A stretch of DNA of 64,000 nt. Origin: Alphaproteobacteria bacterium (lineage in GTDB: Bacteria > Pseudomonadota > Alphaproteobacteria > G965222575). A program made the translations under genes and the position numbers. Positions within the stretch are counted from its first letter, which is position 1; the number at the start of each line of letters is the position of its first letter. Below the pieces are notes generated by a model that worked only from the letters and a program-made list of their open reading frames with translations, was not told the origin of the DNA and did no database searches. The DNA lies in NCBI GenBank assembly GCA_965222575.1, contig OZ244958.1, positions 896,001 to 960,000 of the forward strand, written 5' to 3'. Of the stretch, positions 21,666 through 30,420 are shown one piece after another.

Positions 21666-22796
21666 TTATGGTACGGCTACTGGCAAGCCCCACAACAGGT
21701 ACGATAAAGCCCTGAAACTCCGCTGAAAAATAAAGGCTTTTTTGACCTCCTCTCCCACCACTAAGGGGAAAGAGACATAGGGTTTCCCAAATGTTTCAAG
21801 GGAGAGTGTGCCAACAGTTTGTCCTTTTACAAGAGGGGCTTGTAAGGGTTCCGTATAGGTTACAAATCCTTCAAAGGCTTTGGCCATCTGTCTTGGCAAG
21901 CTGATGAACATATCCTGTTCCGCCACCAATGGGACATGGCGTTTTTTCCCCTGCCAGACAGGAATCATTGCTATAACCTCCCCTTTAGAGGCGAGTTTAT
22001 AATTGACAAAGTTGCGAAACCCCCAATCTAGCAAACGCGAAACTTCCGTGTTACGAACTTGCATAGTCTTTAAGCCCGCTATCACTAACACAAGACGCTT
22101 CCCTCCCCGATAAGCGGAAGCAGCAAGACCATATCCCGCTTCACTGGTATGACCGGTCTTAAGACCATCCACTCCTAAAAAATCATCCCACAGTAAAGTA
22201 TTTCTATTCTGCTGCTTGATACCAGAATAAGTGAACACCTTCTCCGCAAATAGCGGATAGTATTCCGGAAAATCTTCTATTAACCGCTGAGACAAAAGGG
22301 CAATATCCTTAAGCGTCATCCCTTGTCCTGTATACGGTAACCCTGAAGCATTAAAAAAAATAGACCCCTTAAGACCTAATTGTTGCGCTTTCTCATTCAT
22401 CCAGTTCACAAACTTATCTTCACTGCCCGCTAACCCTTCTGCTAACACAATAGAGGCATCGTTGCCAGATTGCACAATCACCCCCCTTAACAAGTCCTCC
22501 ACCCGCACCTTTTCCCCAACAGGCACAAACATTTTAGACCCCTGTGTCTTCCAAGCCTTCTTACTCACCCAAAAGGTATCCTCCATCTTCAATCGACCAG
22601 CCTTCAATTCTTCAAACACAATATACAATGTCATTAACTTGCTCATTGAAGCAGGCGAAATAGGCGCTGAAGCATTCTTTTCCATGAGAACAGTTTGTGT
22701 CTGATGGTCTATCAGATAAACATAATCCGCAATTGTTGCAGCCCCCAAGCCTTGCCCCCATAACATGGCCCCTAAAATCACTAATCTGTATGGCAT
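21666..22796 (-). CDS. dacA: D-alanyl-D-alanine carboxypeptidase
   Basis: SxxK (SMSK), SGN and KTG motifs. Confidence 0.92.
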   Translation of the reverse strand: MPYRLVILGAMLWGQGLGAATIADYVYLIDHQTQTVLMEKNASAPISPASMSKLMTLYIVFEELKAGRLKMEDTFWVSKKAWKTQGSKMFVPVGEKVRVEDLLRGVIVQSGNDASIVLAEGLAGSEDKFVNWMNEKAQQLGLKGSIFFNASGLPYTGQGMTLKDIALLSQRLIEDFPEYYPLFAEKVFTYSGIKQQNRNTLLWDDFLGVDGLKTGHTSEAGYGLAASAYRGGKRLVLVIAGLKTMQVRNTEVSRLLDWGFRNFVNYKLASKGEVIAMIPVWQGKKRHVPLVAEQDMFISLPRQMAKAFEGFVTYTEPLQAPLVKGQTVGTLSLETFGKPYVSFPLVVGEEVKKAFIFQRSFRALSYLLWGLPVAVP

Positions 22797-22802
22797 ATGT
22801 CC

Positions 22803-23480
22803 CTATTTTTTGTCTTTTGTCGGTGGTGGAGAATCTGTGACTGGCTTTTCCTCAGGAGAAGCTTGTGATGTATCCTCTTTTTTGTCTTTTGTCGGTGGTG
22901 GAGAATCTGTGACTGGCTTTTCTTCAGGAGAAGCTTGTGATGTATCCTCTTGTGGGACTTGTGGTAGCGGCGTTTTGTCCCCTCCTAATGACCGTAGAAA
23001 CAAAATCATAGCCGCTCTATCTTCAACTTTTTTCAAGCCTGCAAAAGCCATTTTTGTCCCCTTAACATATCGCGCCGGCTTTTTAAGAAAGTTATCTAAG
23101 GTTTCATAATCCCATTGTCCTGTAAGTCCTCTGAGGGCTTTAGAGTAACCAAAGCCGCTCTTTGAAGCGATGTTTTTGTTGAAAGTTGACCAGAGATTGG
23201 GTCCTATGCCACTTTTTTCTCCCTCTAGGAAGGTATGACAGGAGAGACATTTTTTAGCGATTCTCTCTCCCATTTCTCTTGTGACCTGCCGTAGTGCTAA
23301 GGCAATAGGAATATCCGGGGTTTTCTCTTGTTTTATCCCGCTCTCACCAAGGGATTGGGGGAGTTCATGGAGTGTCATTTTTTCTCCAAAAATGCCATCA
23401 GTGACTTTACCGAGTAATAAGAAAAACAAGGCACAACAAAAGACAGAAGCAGCAAAAGTATTAAGAGAAAAAGACTTCAT
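22803..23480 (-). CDS. Membrane-anchored class I cytochrome c (CycM/cy-like)
   Basis: N-terminal TM segment; CLSCH haem motif; GTKMAFAG. Confidence 0.9.
   Translation of the reverse strand: MKSFSLNTFAASVFCCALFFLLLGKVTDGIFGEKMTLHELPQSLGESGIKQEKTPDIPIALALRQVTREMGERIAKKCLSCHTFLEGEKSGIGPNLWSTFNKNIASKSGFGYSKALRGLTGQWDYETLDNFLKKPARYVKGTKMAFAGLKKVEDRAAMILFLRSLGGDKTPLPQVPQEDTSQASPEEKPVTDSPPPTKDKKEDTSQASPEEKPVTDSPPPTKDKK
22806..22949. repeat. 72-bp tandem duplication at the cytochrome c C-terminus
   Basis: EDTSQASPEEKPVTDSPPPTKDKK occurs twice; one synonymous difference. Confidence 0.95.
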
Positions 23481-23641
23481 AACGCTTTGTCATCATAGGG
23501 TTGGTATCGTATACTTTACACATTACGCAGGGTGTTGGAAAGCTTGTTTTTCAGATTGTGTACGTCATGAAATTATGATAGCAAAAGAAGAAAAAAACTC
23601 TTACCATGTGGCAAAGACGGGTTTTTTACAAGAAGAGTGCT

Positions 23642-24658
23642 ATGTCTTCTCATACGATAGTCTCTGGGGTACAGCCTACAGGGGCTTTACATATTGGTAA
23701 TTATCTTGGGGCTTTAGGGCGCTTTAAGAGTTTTGAGACAAAAGCGGTTTCCACAAAAGGAGAGGCCTTATTTTGTATTGTAGACCTTCATGCACTGACA
23801 AGGACTCAGGCACCTATTGCGTTATCGAGCAGTATCAGGCGTACAGTTGCCTCGTTATTAGCCTGCGGTCTTAATCCTTCAAAGAGTATTATTTTTGTAC
23901 AAAGCTGTATCCCTGAGCATGGAACATTGGCTTGGATATTAAATTGTGTTTGCCGCATGGGTTGGCTCAACAGGATGACGCAGTTTAAGGAGAAAGCCGG
24001 GGAGCAAAAAGAAAAAGCCTCTTGTGGTCTTTGGGTTTATCCCATACTGATGGCGGCAGATATTCTTCTTTATAATGCTACTTCTGTGCCTGTAGGAGAA
24101 GACCAGCAGCAGCATTTGGAGCTAACGCGTGACATTGCTGCCAAGTTCAACAAAGAGTACGCCCCCCTGTTCAATCTTCCCTCTGCTTTGATAGAGAAAG
24201 ATGGTAGTCGTGTCATGTCCTTGAGAGACCCGTCAAAAAAGATGTCAAAATCTGATGCATCACCTTTAAGTCGCCTAGAGCTTACGGACAAAGAGGATAT
24301 GATAGAAAAGAAAATTAGGAAAGCCGTGACAGACTCGTTGCCCTTCCCTAGCACGATACAGGAGGCGGGGGAGCGTAAGGGCATAGAGAATCTGTTAAAA
24401 ATTTACTGTGCTGTTTCAAAAGTCTCTTTAGAGAGAGCCTGTGAGACATTTGGAGGAGGGCCTATTGCAACATTCAAAGAGGCTTTAACAGAGTGTGTAA
24501 TTGAGTGTCTTGTTCCCTTAGGAAAGGAGATAAGGCGTTGGGAGGGGGAAGCGGAGGGGCTTTTTGAGATTTTACAATCGGGGGCAAGGAGGGCAAGAGC
24601 GTTAGCTGTTCCTCGTTTAGCAGAAATAAAACAGGCATTGGGATTGCCGTGTTTTTGA
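23642..24658 (+). CDS. trpS: Tryptophan--tRNA ligase
   Basis: SGVQPTG.LHIGNYLG, VPVGEDQ and KMSKS motifs. Confidence 0.97.
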   Translation: MSSHTIVSGVQPTGALHIGNYLGALGRFKSFETKAVSTKGEALFCIVDLHALTRTQAPIALSSSIRRTVASLLACGLNPSKSIIFVQSCIPEHGTLAWILNCVCRMGWLNRMTQFKEKAGEQKEKASCGLWVYPILMAADILLYNATSVPVGEDQQQHLELTRDIAAKFNKEYAPLFNLPSALIEKDGSRVMSLRDPSKKMSKSDASPLSRLELTDKEDMIEKKIRKAVTDSLPFPSTIQEAGERKGIENLLKIYCAVSKVSLERACETFGGGPIATFKEALTECVIECLVPLGKEIRRWEGEAEGLFEILQSGARRARALAVPRLAEIKQALGLPCF

Positions 24659-24727
24659 AGTGTCTCTTTATTTTTTTATTACTCTTCTTTAAGATAGGGT
24701 AAGGATGTTAAGACAGCAAGGGATGAG

Positions 24728-25741
24728 ATGTCAGTTTTAGAGAGTATAGCAGTTGCCAATGCCCTTGTAGCGCCCGGATTGGGAATATTGGCTTTAGATG
24801 AGAGTACAGCTACAATTGGGAAGCGTTTGCAATCTGTAGGGTGCGAGAACACGGAAGAGAAGAGGCGTTTATACCGTCAGATGTTGCTCACGACAAATTC
24901 TTTAGGGGATTTTATCAGTGGGGTAATTTTATACGAGGAGACCTTGTTTCAGAAGACTGATAGTGGCATTTCTTTTGTAAAGGTTTTAGAAGAAGAAGGG
25001 ATATTTCCGGGCGTAAAAGTAGACAAGGGGACTCATATTTTAGCGGGAGGGAAGGAAGGAGAGGTTATCACGGAAGGGTTAGACGGTCTTCGGTATAGGC
25101 TGGAGAAGTATGGGGAGGCGGGGGCACGATTTACGAAGTGGCGTGGGGTGTTGAAACTGAGTGACGGTTATTGTTCTCGGGCTTGTATTCAAGCCAATGC
25201 TTGGTCTTTAGCGCGGTTTGCGGCTTTATCCCAGGAGCAAGGTCTTGCCCCCATTGTAGAGCCTGAGATTTTAATGGAAGGAGACCATAGTATGGAACAT
25301 TGCTATGAGACTACAGTTGAGGTTTTAGAAGCGGTATTTGAAGCCTTAAAGGACCAAAATGTTCTGTTGGAAGGCATGGTGTTAAAGATGAACATGGTAA
25401 CGGCTGGGTCGTTTTGCAAGAAGAAGCCTTCTGTGGAAGAGGTAGCGGAGGAAACCGTGTTGTTGGTACAACGTATTGTGCCTGCAGCCGTACCGGGGAT
25501 AGCGTTTTTATCAGGCGGTCAAGGTGATGTGTTAGCAACAGAGCACCTACAAGCTATCAATAGTCTTGGGTCTTTTCCTTGGACATTGACCTTTTCCTAT
25601 GGTCGCGCTTTACAATCGGGTTCCTTGAAAATTTGGGGCGCAACCTCTTCTCATGTAGAAGAAGCCCAACAGCATTTGTATTATCGCGCTTCCTTAAATT
25701 CTAAGGCTTCTTTAGGGAAATATGAAGGGGAAATCACTTAA
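24728..25741 (+). CDS. Class I fructose-bisphosphate aldolase
   Basis: GILALDES, PIVEPE, FLSGGQ and FSYGRALQ motifs. Confidence 0.95.
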   Translation: MSVLESIAVANALVAPGLGILALDESTATIGKRLQSVGCENTEEKRRLYRQMLLTTNSLGDFISGVILYEETLFQKTDSGISFVKVLEEEGIFPGVKVDKGTHILAGGKEGEVITEGLDGLRYRLEKYGEAGARFTKWRGVLKLSDGYCSRACIQANAWSLARFAALSQEQGLAPIVEPEILMEGDHSMEHCYETTVEVLEAVFEALKDQNVLLEGMVLKMNMVTAGSFCKKKPSVEEVAEETVLLVQRIVPAAVPGIAFLSGGQGDVLATEHLQAINSLGSFPWTLTFSYGRALQSGSLKIWGATSSHVEEAQQHLYYRASLNSKASLGKYEGEIT

Positions 25742-26372
25742 GGGGCGCCTTTATCTGATTACGCCCCCTCTTTTCTTAACACAAGACATTGAGCGTTTTC
25801 TCTCTCTTTTGCCTGAGGTTTTATCGAAGCCGGAGGTTGGCTTTTTACAGTTACGGATGAAAAAGGGGGGCTTTACCAAAGTATTGAAGACAGCAAGGTC
25901 TATCAAGGCACTATGTGCGCGGTTCCGGGTAAGATTTGTTGTCAACGATGAGGTTGAGATAGCCAAAGCTGTAGGGTCTTGGGGGCTACACTTAGGACAA
26001 AATGATGTGTCTGTTCAAGAGGCTAGAAAGCAAGCACCAGAGGTTGTGGTGAGCGTTAGCTGTCACGGGGATGTCCGTTTAGGAGAAAAAGCCCAAAGAG
26101 AAGGTGCTGATATGGTTTCCTTTGGGGCTTGTTATCCTTCTGTGACAAAGCCTCAAGCCCCTCGTGCTAAGATAGAAGCCCTAGAGTCTTTTCTCCGCAC
26201 GACCCCTCTTATGACCATAGCCATAGGAGGCATCACAGCTCAAACAGCCCCCTCACTATTACACAGAGGCTTTCATTACTTAGCGCTTTCCTCCTTTGTG
26301 TTCTCGCATCCGTTAGGGGCACTACAAGCCATTGAAGAGCTGTCTGATAGCATGAGGGACACTACTCCATGA
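25722..26372 (+). CDS. thiE: Thiamine-phosphate synthase
   Basis: LQLR.K, VND, GLHLGQND, S.TK and AIGGI motifs. Confidence 0.9.
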   Translation: MKGKSLKGRLYLITPPLFLTQDIERFLSLLPEVLSKPEVGFLQLRMKKGGFTKVLKTARSIKALCARFRVRFVVNDEVEIAKAVGSWGLHLGQNDVSVQEARKQAPEVVVSVSCHGDVRLGEKAQREGADMVSFGACYPSVTKPQAPRAKIEALESFLRTTPLMTIAIGGITAQTAPSLLHRGFHYLALSSFVFSHPLGALQAIEELSDSMRDTTP

Positions 26373-27532
26373 TGAAGCAGCCCTACAAGCCTTGCTTTGA
26401 GAAGTTTTCTCCTCTCACCACCAAGAGAATCGTACAGGCTCTGATAAAGTGGCACTCAAAGCAGGGACGCAAGGACTTGAAGTGGTTAAGAGACTATCAT
26501 GTTGCGTCTAACCCTTACTCTGTTTGGGTAAGCGAAGTGATTTTACAACAGACCACCTTAGCCACAGGGAAGAAACGCATTGGAGAATTTTTATCGCGCT
26601 TTCCTTCTCTTGAGATTCTCGCAAGGTCTTCTTTGGAGGAAATTTTACAAGCCTTCGCTGGTCTTGGTTATTATGCACGGGGGCGCAATTTGCATACCTG
26701 TGCACAAGTGGTGATGGAGAAGCATGGGGGGCATTTTCCCTCTACCATAGAAGCTTTATGCGCCCTTCCCGGCATTGGTCGTTACACAGCAGGGGCCCTA
26801 ATGACCTTCTGTTACAATCAAAACGCCCCTGTCCTAGAGTGCAACATCGCACGCGTCATAGCCCGCCTGTTTTATATTGCTACGCCTTTTCCTGCAGGCG
26901 AGAAAGTCTGTTGGGAGGCAGCCGCCTCCCTGTTGCCAGTCTCTCACCCAAGAATTTATACGCAAGCCCTGTTAGATTTAGGCTCCACTCTGTGTACACC
27001 TCTCGCCCCTAACTGCCCCCTCTGTCCTCTCCAGTCCCTTTGCCGTTACGCTACAAACTCTACCACCACCAACACCACCCGTCCGCTCCCTCCTATCTTT
27101 CCGCCTAAACCCCCGCGCCCCACACGCCGCACTACAGCACTCTGGGTCACCACCAACATCAAAGGACAACACTGCGTCCTCCTACAAAAACGCGAAAATA
27201 AAGGACTACTAGGAGGAATGATGGAATTCCCCTCAACGCCATGGCAAGAAAATACGCCTCTTCCTAAACGCCCCAATCCCTCTTTTGAAAAAGCCTTATC
27301 CTTTGCTACTCCCTCTTCCCCTTCTTGGACATTACAAGACCAAGTCATTCACCACGCCTTCACCCATTTCTACCTACATCTGAAAGTAGCACTCACGCAC
27401 TTCTCGCACCCGCCAATGCTAAAGGCTCACCAACGCTTCTGCCCTGTAGACAGCCTCCACAATCAAGCACTTCCCACAGTCATGAAAAAAGTCGCTACCC
27501 TTGCTATGCTTGAGACCAAAACAAAAACTTGA
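26369..27532 (+). CDS. mutY: A/G-specific adenine glycosylase
   Basis: WVSEVILQQT, GLGYYARGRNL, LPGIGRYTA motifs; Fe-S cysteine cluster; H.FTHF. Confidence 0.93.
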   Translation: MMKQPYKPCFEKFSPLTTKRIVQALIKWHSKQGRKDLKWLRDYHVASNPYSVWVSEVILQQTTLATGKKRIGEFLSRFPSLEILARSSLEEILQAFAGLGYYARGRNLHTCAQVVMEKHGGHFPSTIEALCALPGIGRYTAGALMTFCYNQNAPVLECNIARVIARLFYIATPFPAGEKVCWEAAASLLPVSHPRIYTQALLDLGSTLCTPLAPNCPLCPLQSLCRYATNSTTTNTTRPLPPIFPPKPPRPTRRTTALWVTTNIKGQHCVLLQKRENKGLLGGMMEFPSTPWQENTPLPKRPNPSFEKALSFATPSSPSWTLQDQVIHHAFTHFYLHLKVALTHFSHPPMLKAHQRFCPVDSLHNQALPTVMKKVATLAMLETKTKT

Positions 27533-27577
27533 TACAGTACAGATATCTTAAACCCCCTCGGTCTTTCAATAACGGAT

Positions 27578-28447
27578 ATGCCTTCTTACGGAACTTTTGA
27601 ACGCACAGTTGCACAGCTACAACAATTTTGGCAACAATATGACTGCACTGTTCTACAGCCTTATGATATGCCTATGGGCGCCGGCACTTTTCACCCTGCT
27701 TGCTTCTTTGGCACACTGAAAGACCAAAACTTTTCCGCTTGTTATGTACAGCCTTCTCGCCGTCCTACAGATGGTCGTTACGGACAGAATCCCAATCGCT
27801 TAGGGCAATACTACCAGTTTCAAGTTCTCCTCAAGCCTGCTCCCGACCATATCCAGCAGCTATATCTCAAAAGCCTTGATGCCCTAGGCCTTAAGACAGC
27901 GCAAAATGATATTCGTTTCTTGGAAGATGACTGGGGAAACCCTACCTTAGGCGCCTATGGGGTAGGGTGGGAGGTCTGGTGCAATGGAATGGAAATTACC
28001 CAGTTTACCTATTTTCAACGCCTAGCCTCCTTACCCCTTAAAGTCATCCCTGTAGAAATTACCTATGGTCTTGAACGGCTCTGTTTATATTTACAGGGGA
28101 AAGACAATGTCTTTGATATCAAGTGGAATGACCGTTTAACATATGGAGAGCTTTTTGCAAGGAATGAGCAAGAAATGTCTTGTTTTCATTTTGAAAAAGC
28201 GGACACGGAGCGGCTTGAGAAAATTTTTCATCACCACAAAGAGATGGCAACAAGTCTTATACTAGAGGCGTTATTATTACCGGCTTATGATAGCTTTATA
28301 GCTATTAATGCGTGTTTTAATCTGTTGGATGCCCGTGGCGTGCTATCGGTGGTGCGGCGGGCGGACATGATACAAGAGATTCGCTCTATTGCTTCTTCTA
28401 TTGCTGGGGGTATGGGGAAAGTGAATACGGTACGGGAGGGGGTATAG
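27578..28447 (+). CDS. glyQ: Glycine--tRNA ligase alpha subunit
   Basis: GAGTFHP, RRPTDGRYG.NPNRL and EITYGLERL motifs. Confidence 0.97.
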   Translation: MPSYGTFERTVAQLQQFWQQYDCTVLQPYDMPMGAGTFHPACFFGTLKDQNFSACYVQPSRRPTDGRYGQNPNRLGQYYQFQVLLKPAPDHIQQLYLKSLDALGLKTAQNDIRFLEDDWGNPTLGAYGVGWEVWCNGMEITQFTYFQRLASLPLKVIPVEITYGLERLCLYLQGKDNVFDIKWNDRLTYGELFARNEQEMSCFHFEKADTERLEKIFHHHKEMATSLILEALLLPAYDSFIAINACFNLLDARGVLSVVRRADMIQEIRSIASSIAGGMGKVNTVREGV

Positions 28448-28449
28448 GG

Positions 28450-30411
28450 ATGGAAGAGAGGCAAGATTTTCTTTTAGAGATTCTCTGTGAGGAGATTCCC
28501 TATCGGTTGCAATTTTGGGGGGAAAAAGCGGTGAAGCAAGCTGTTTGTGGTGTGTTGGACGGCCATAAGATTTCTTATGGAAGGGTACAGGTCTTTTCCA
28601 CGCCGCGGCGGATAGGATTACATATTGAACAAGTAGAAACAACGCTACCGCCCTGTACACATGAGGTGCGTGGCCCGCGCCTAACAGCTGCTAAAGAGAT
28701 ACAGGAGAAGTTTGCGCAAAAATGGCAAGGGTATCAGTTAACAGAAAAAAACGGGTATACAGTTGCCCTACAAAAACCCATGCGTGTCCTTGTGAAGGAG
28801 GTGTTATCAGGCAATCTCAAGGAGGCGTTGAGCAAGAGTGCTCCGCCCCTTACCATGAAATGGCCCGGAAGCACTATACCATGGCCGCGTCCTATAAGAG
28901 GGATTGTTTGCTTATTAGGGAAGGACATTGTCGCACTGTCCTTAGGCTCTTTGAAAGCCAATCGTATGACAAAAGGGCACCGTTTGAGAGGCTATCAGTC
29001 GGTGAGACTTGCTTCGGCCAACAGACAAGATTATGTCACAGCCTTATTAGAGGCAGGGGTTATGGTCTCGCGGTGTGCACGAAAAGCGTTGATTGTCAAA
29101 GAATTAGGGAAGCACGCCTCTGAAGAGGCTTTGTTGGAGGAGGTGAGCTGTCTGGTGGAATACCCGCATGTTGTGCGTGGTAAGCTTGAGAGTGCACATT
29201 TGTCTCTCCCTGAGGAACTCCAAGGCGTGATAGCCAAGCACCAGAAGTCGTTTTTATCCTTGAATTGTTTTGCGACTGTCGCTGATATCTGTCCGAAAAG
29301 TCAAGTGCGAGAGAAAGAAATCACTAACGGGTATAAACGCGTGCTACAAGCACGGCTAAAAGATGCCTTGTTTTTTTGTGAACAGGACAGAAAAAAACGT
29401 CTCAAGGACTATCTATCAGACCTGAAAATGCGGCAGTTTTATCATAAGCTTGGGAGCTTATACGAAAAATCTTTACGGATAGAAGCCCTCAGTAAAGCCT
29501 TAGGCAAAGCCTTAGGTCTGTCAAAGCAAAAGTGTGCCCAGTTGTCAAAAGCCGCCTTATTGTGTAAGGCAGACCTTGCAACCCAACTAGTAGGAGAGTT
29601 TCCGTCTTTACAAGGGAGTGGGGGGGCATTCTATGGTTCCCATGAGGGGCTAGAGGAAGAGATACTTGCTACTATGAGAAGTCATTATCAAGCGTTGCCC
29701 TCTTGTTTACTAGGATGTGTTCTGTCCGTTGCCGATAAGCTTGACACAATTGTGGGGCTTTGGTCTGTTGGGCAACAGCCTACTGGGTCTAAAGACCCTT
29801 TAGCCCTTAGACGCAAAGCCCTTGGGGTTATCAACATCCTAGCACACACAAGGTGGCAACACTCCATAGAAAGCCTGATAAACCTAGCTTGGAGGGGGTA
29901 CAATCATGGGCAACTTGATAGGGCTTTATTGCTTGCGTTTTTCAAGGACAGAGTACTTGGGTACTTAAAATCTCAGGGGTATGCGTTAGGGTGGATACGT
30001 TGTGCTATGAAGACGCCTTCTAACAGGTCTCTTCCGCTTTTCAGGATTTTGGCACTTTTGGAGTCTTATGACACCATAGCACCGCCACAGGATAAGCTTA
30101 TAAAAATCAGCAAACGTGTGTCTTTTTTCAGGTCTCAATTTACTGCTCTTGCGCCTCCTCAAGAGAACTTGTTAAAGGAGCCGGGTGAGAAGGCCTTGTT
30201 TGAAGCGTTATCAACAAGTGCAAGACGCCTCAAGAGTCATGACATAGCAGAAGCCTTTGCAATTTTGACAGAACTCTCTTGCTCTGTGGAGGTATTTTTG
30301 GATACAGTAAAAATTCAGATACCGGATGAACAATTATCAAACAATCGCCTATCATTGTTAAAATCTGTGGAAGAATTGATAAGGCCTTATGGGGAGTTTA
30401 CAGAGTGGTGA
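28450..30411 (+). CDS. glyS: Glycine--tRNA ligase beta subunit
   Basis: LLEI..EEIP, TPRR, EFPSLQG, PTGSKDPLALRR and NRL.LL motifs. Confidence 0.93.
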   Translation: MEERQDFLLEILCEEIPYRLQFWGEKAVKQAVCGVLDGHKISYGRVQVFSTPRRIGLHIEQVETTLPPCTHEVRGPRLTAAKEIQEKFAQKWQGYQLTEKNGYTVALQKPMRVLVKEVLSGNLKEALSKSAPPLTMKWPGSTIPWPRPIRGIVCLLGKDIVALSLGSLKANRMTKGHRLRGYQSVRLASANRQDYVTALLEAGVMVSRCARKALIVKELGKHASEEALLEEVSCLVEYPHVVRGKLESAHLSLPEELQGVIAKHQKSFLSLNCFATVADICPKSQVREKEITNGYKRVLQARLKDALFFCEQDRKKRLKDYLSDLKMRQFYHKLGSLYEKSLRIEALSKALGKALGLSKQKCAQLSKAALLCKADLATQLVGEFPSLQGSGGAFYGSHEGLEEEILATMRSHYQALPSCLLGCVLSVADKLDTIVGLWSVGQQPTGSKDPLALRRKALGVINILAHTRWQHSIESLINLAWRGYNHGQLDRALLLAFFKDRVLGYLKSQGYALGWIRCAMKTPSNRSLPLFRILALLESYDTIAPPQDKLIKISKRVSFFRSQFTALAPPQENLLKEPGEKALFEALSTSARRLKSHDIAEAFAILTELSCSVEVFLDTVKIQIPDEQLSNNRLSLLKSVEELIRPYGEFTEW

Positions 30412-30420
30412 TGGAGAAGC

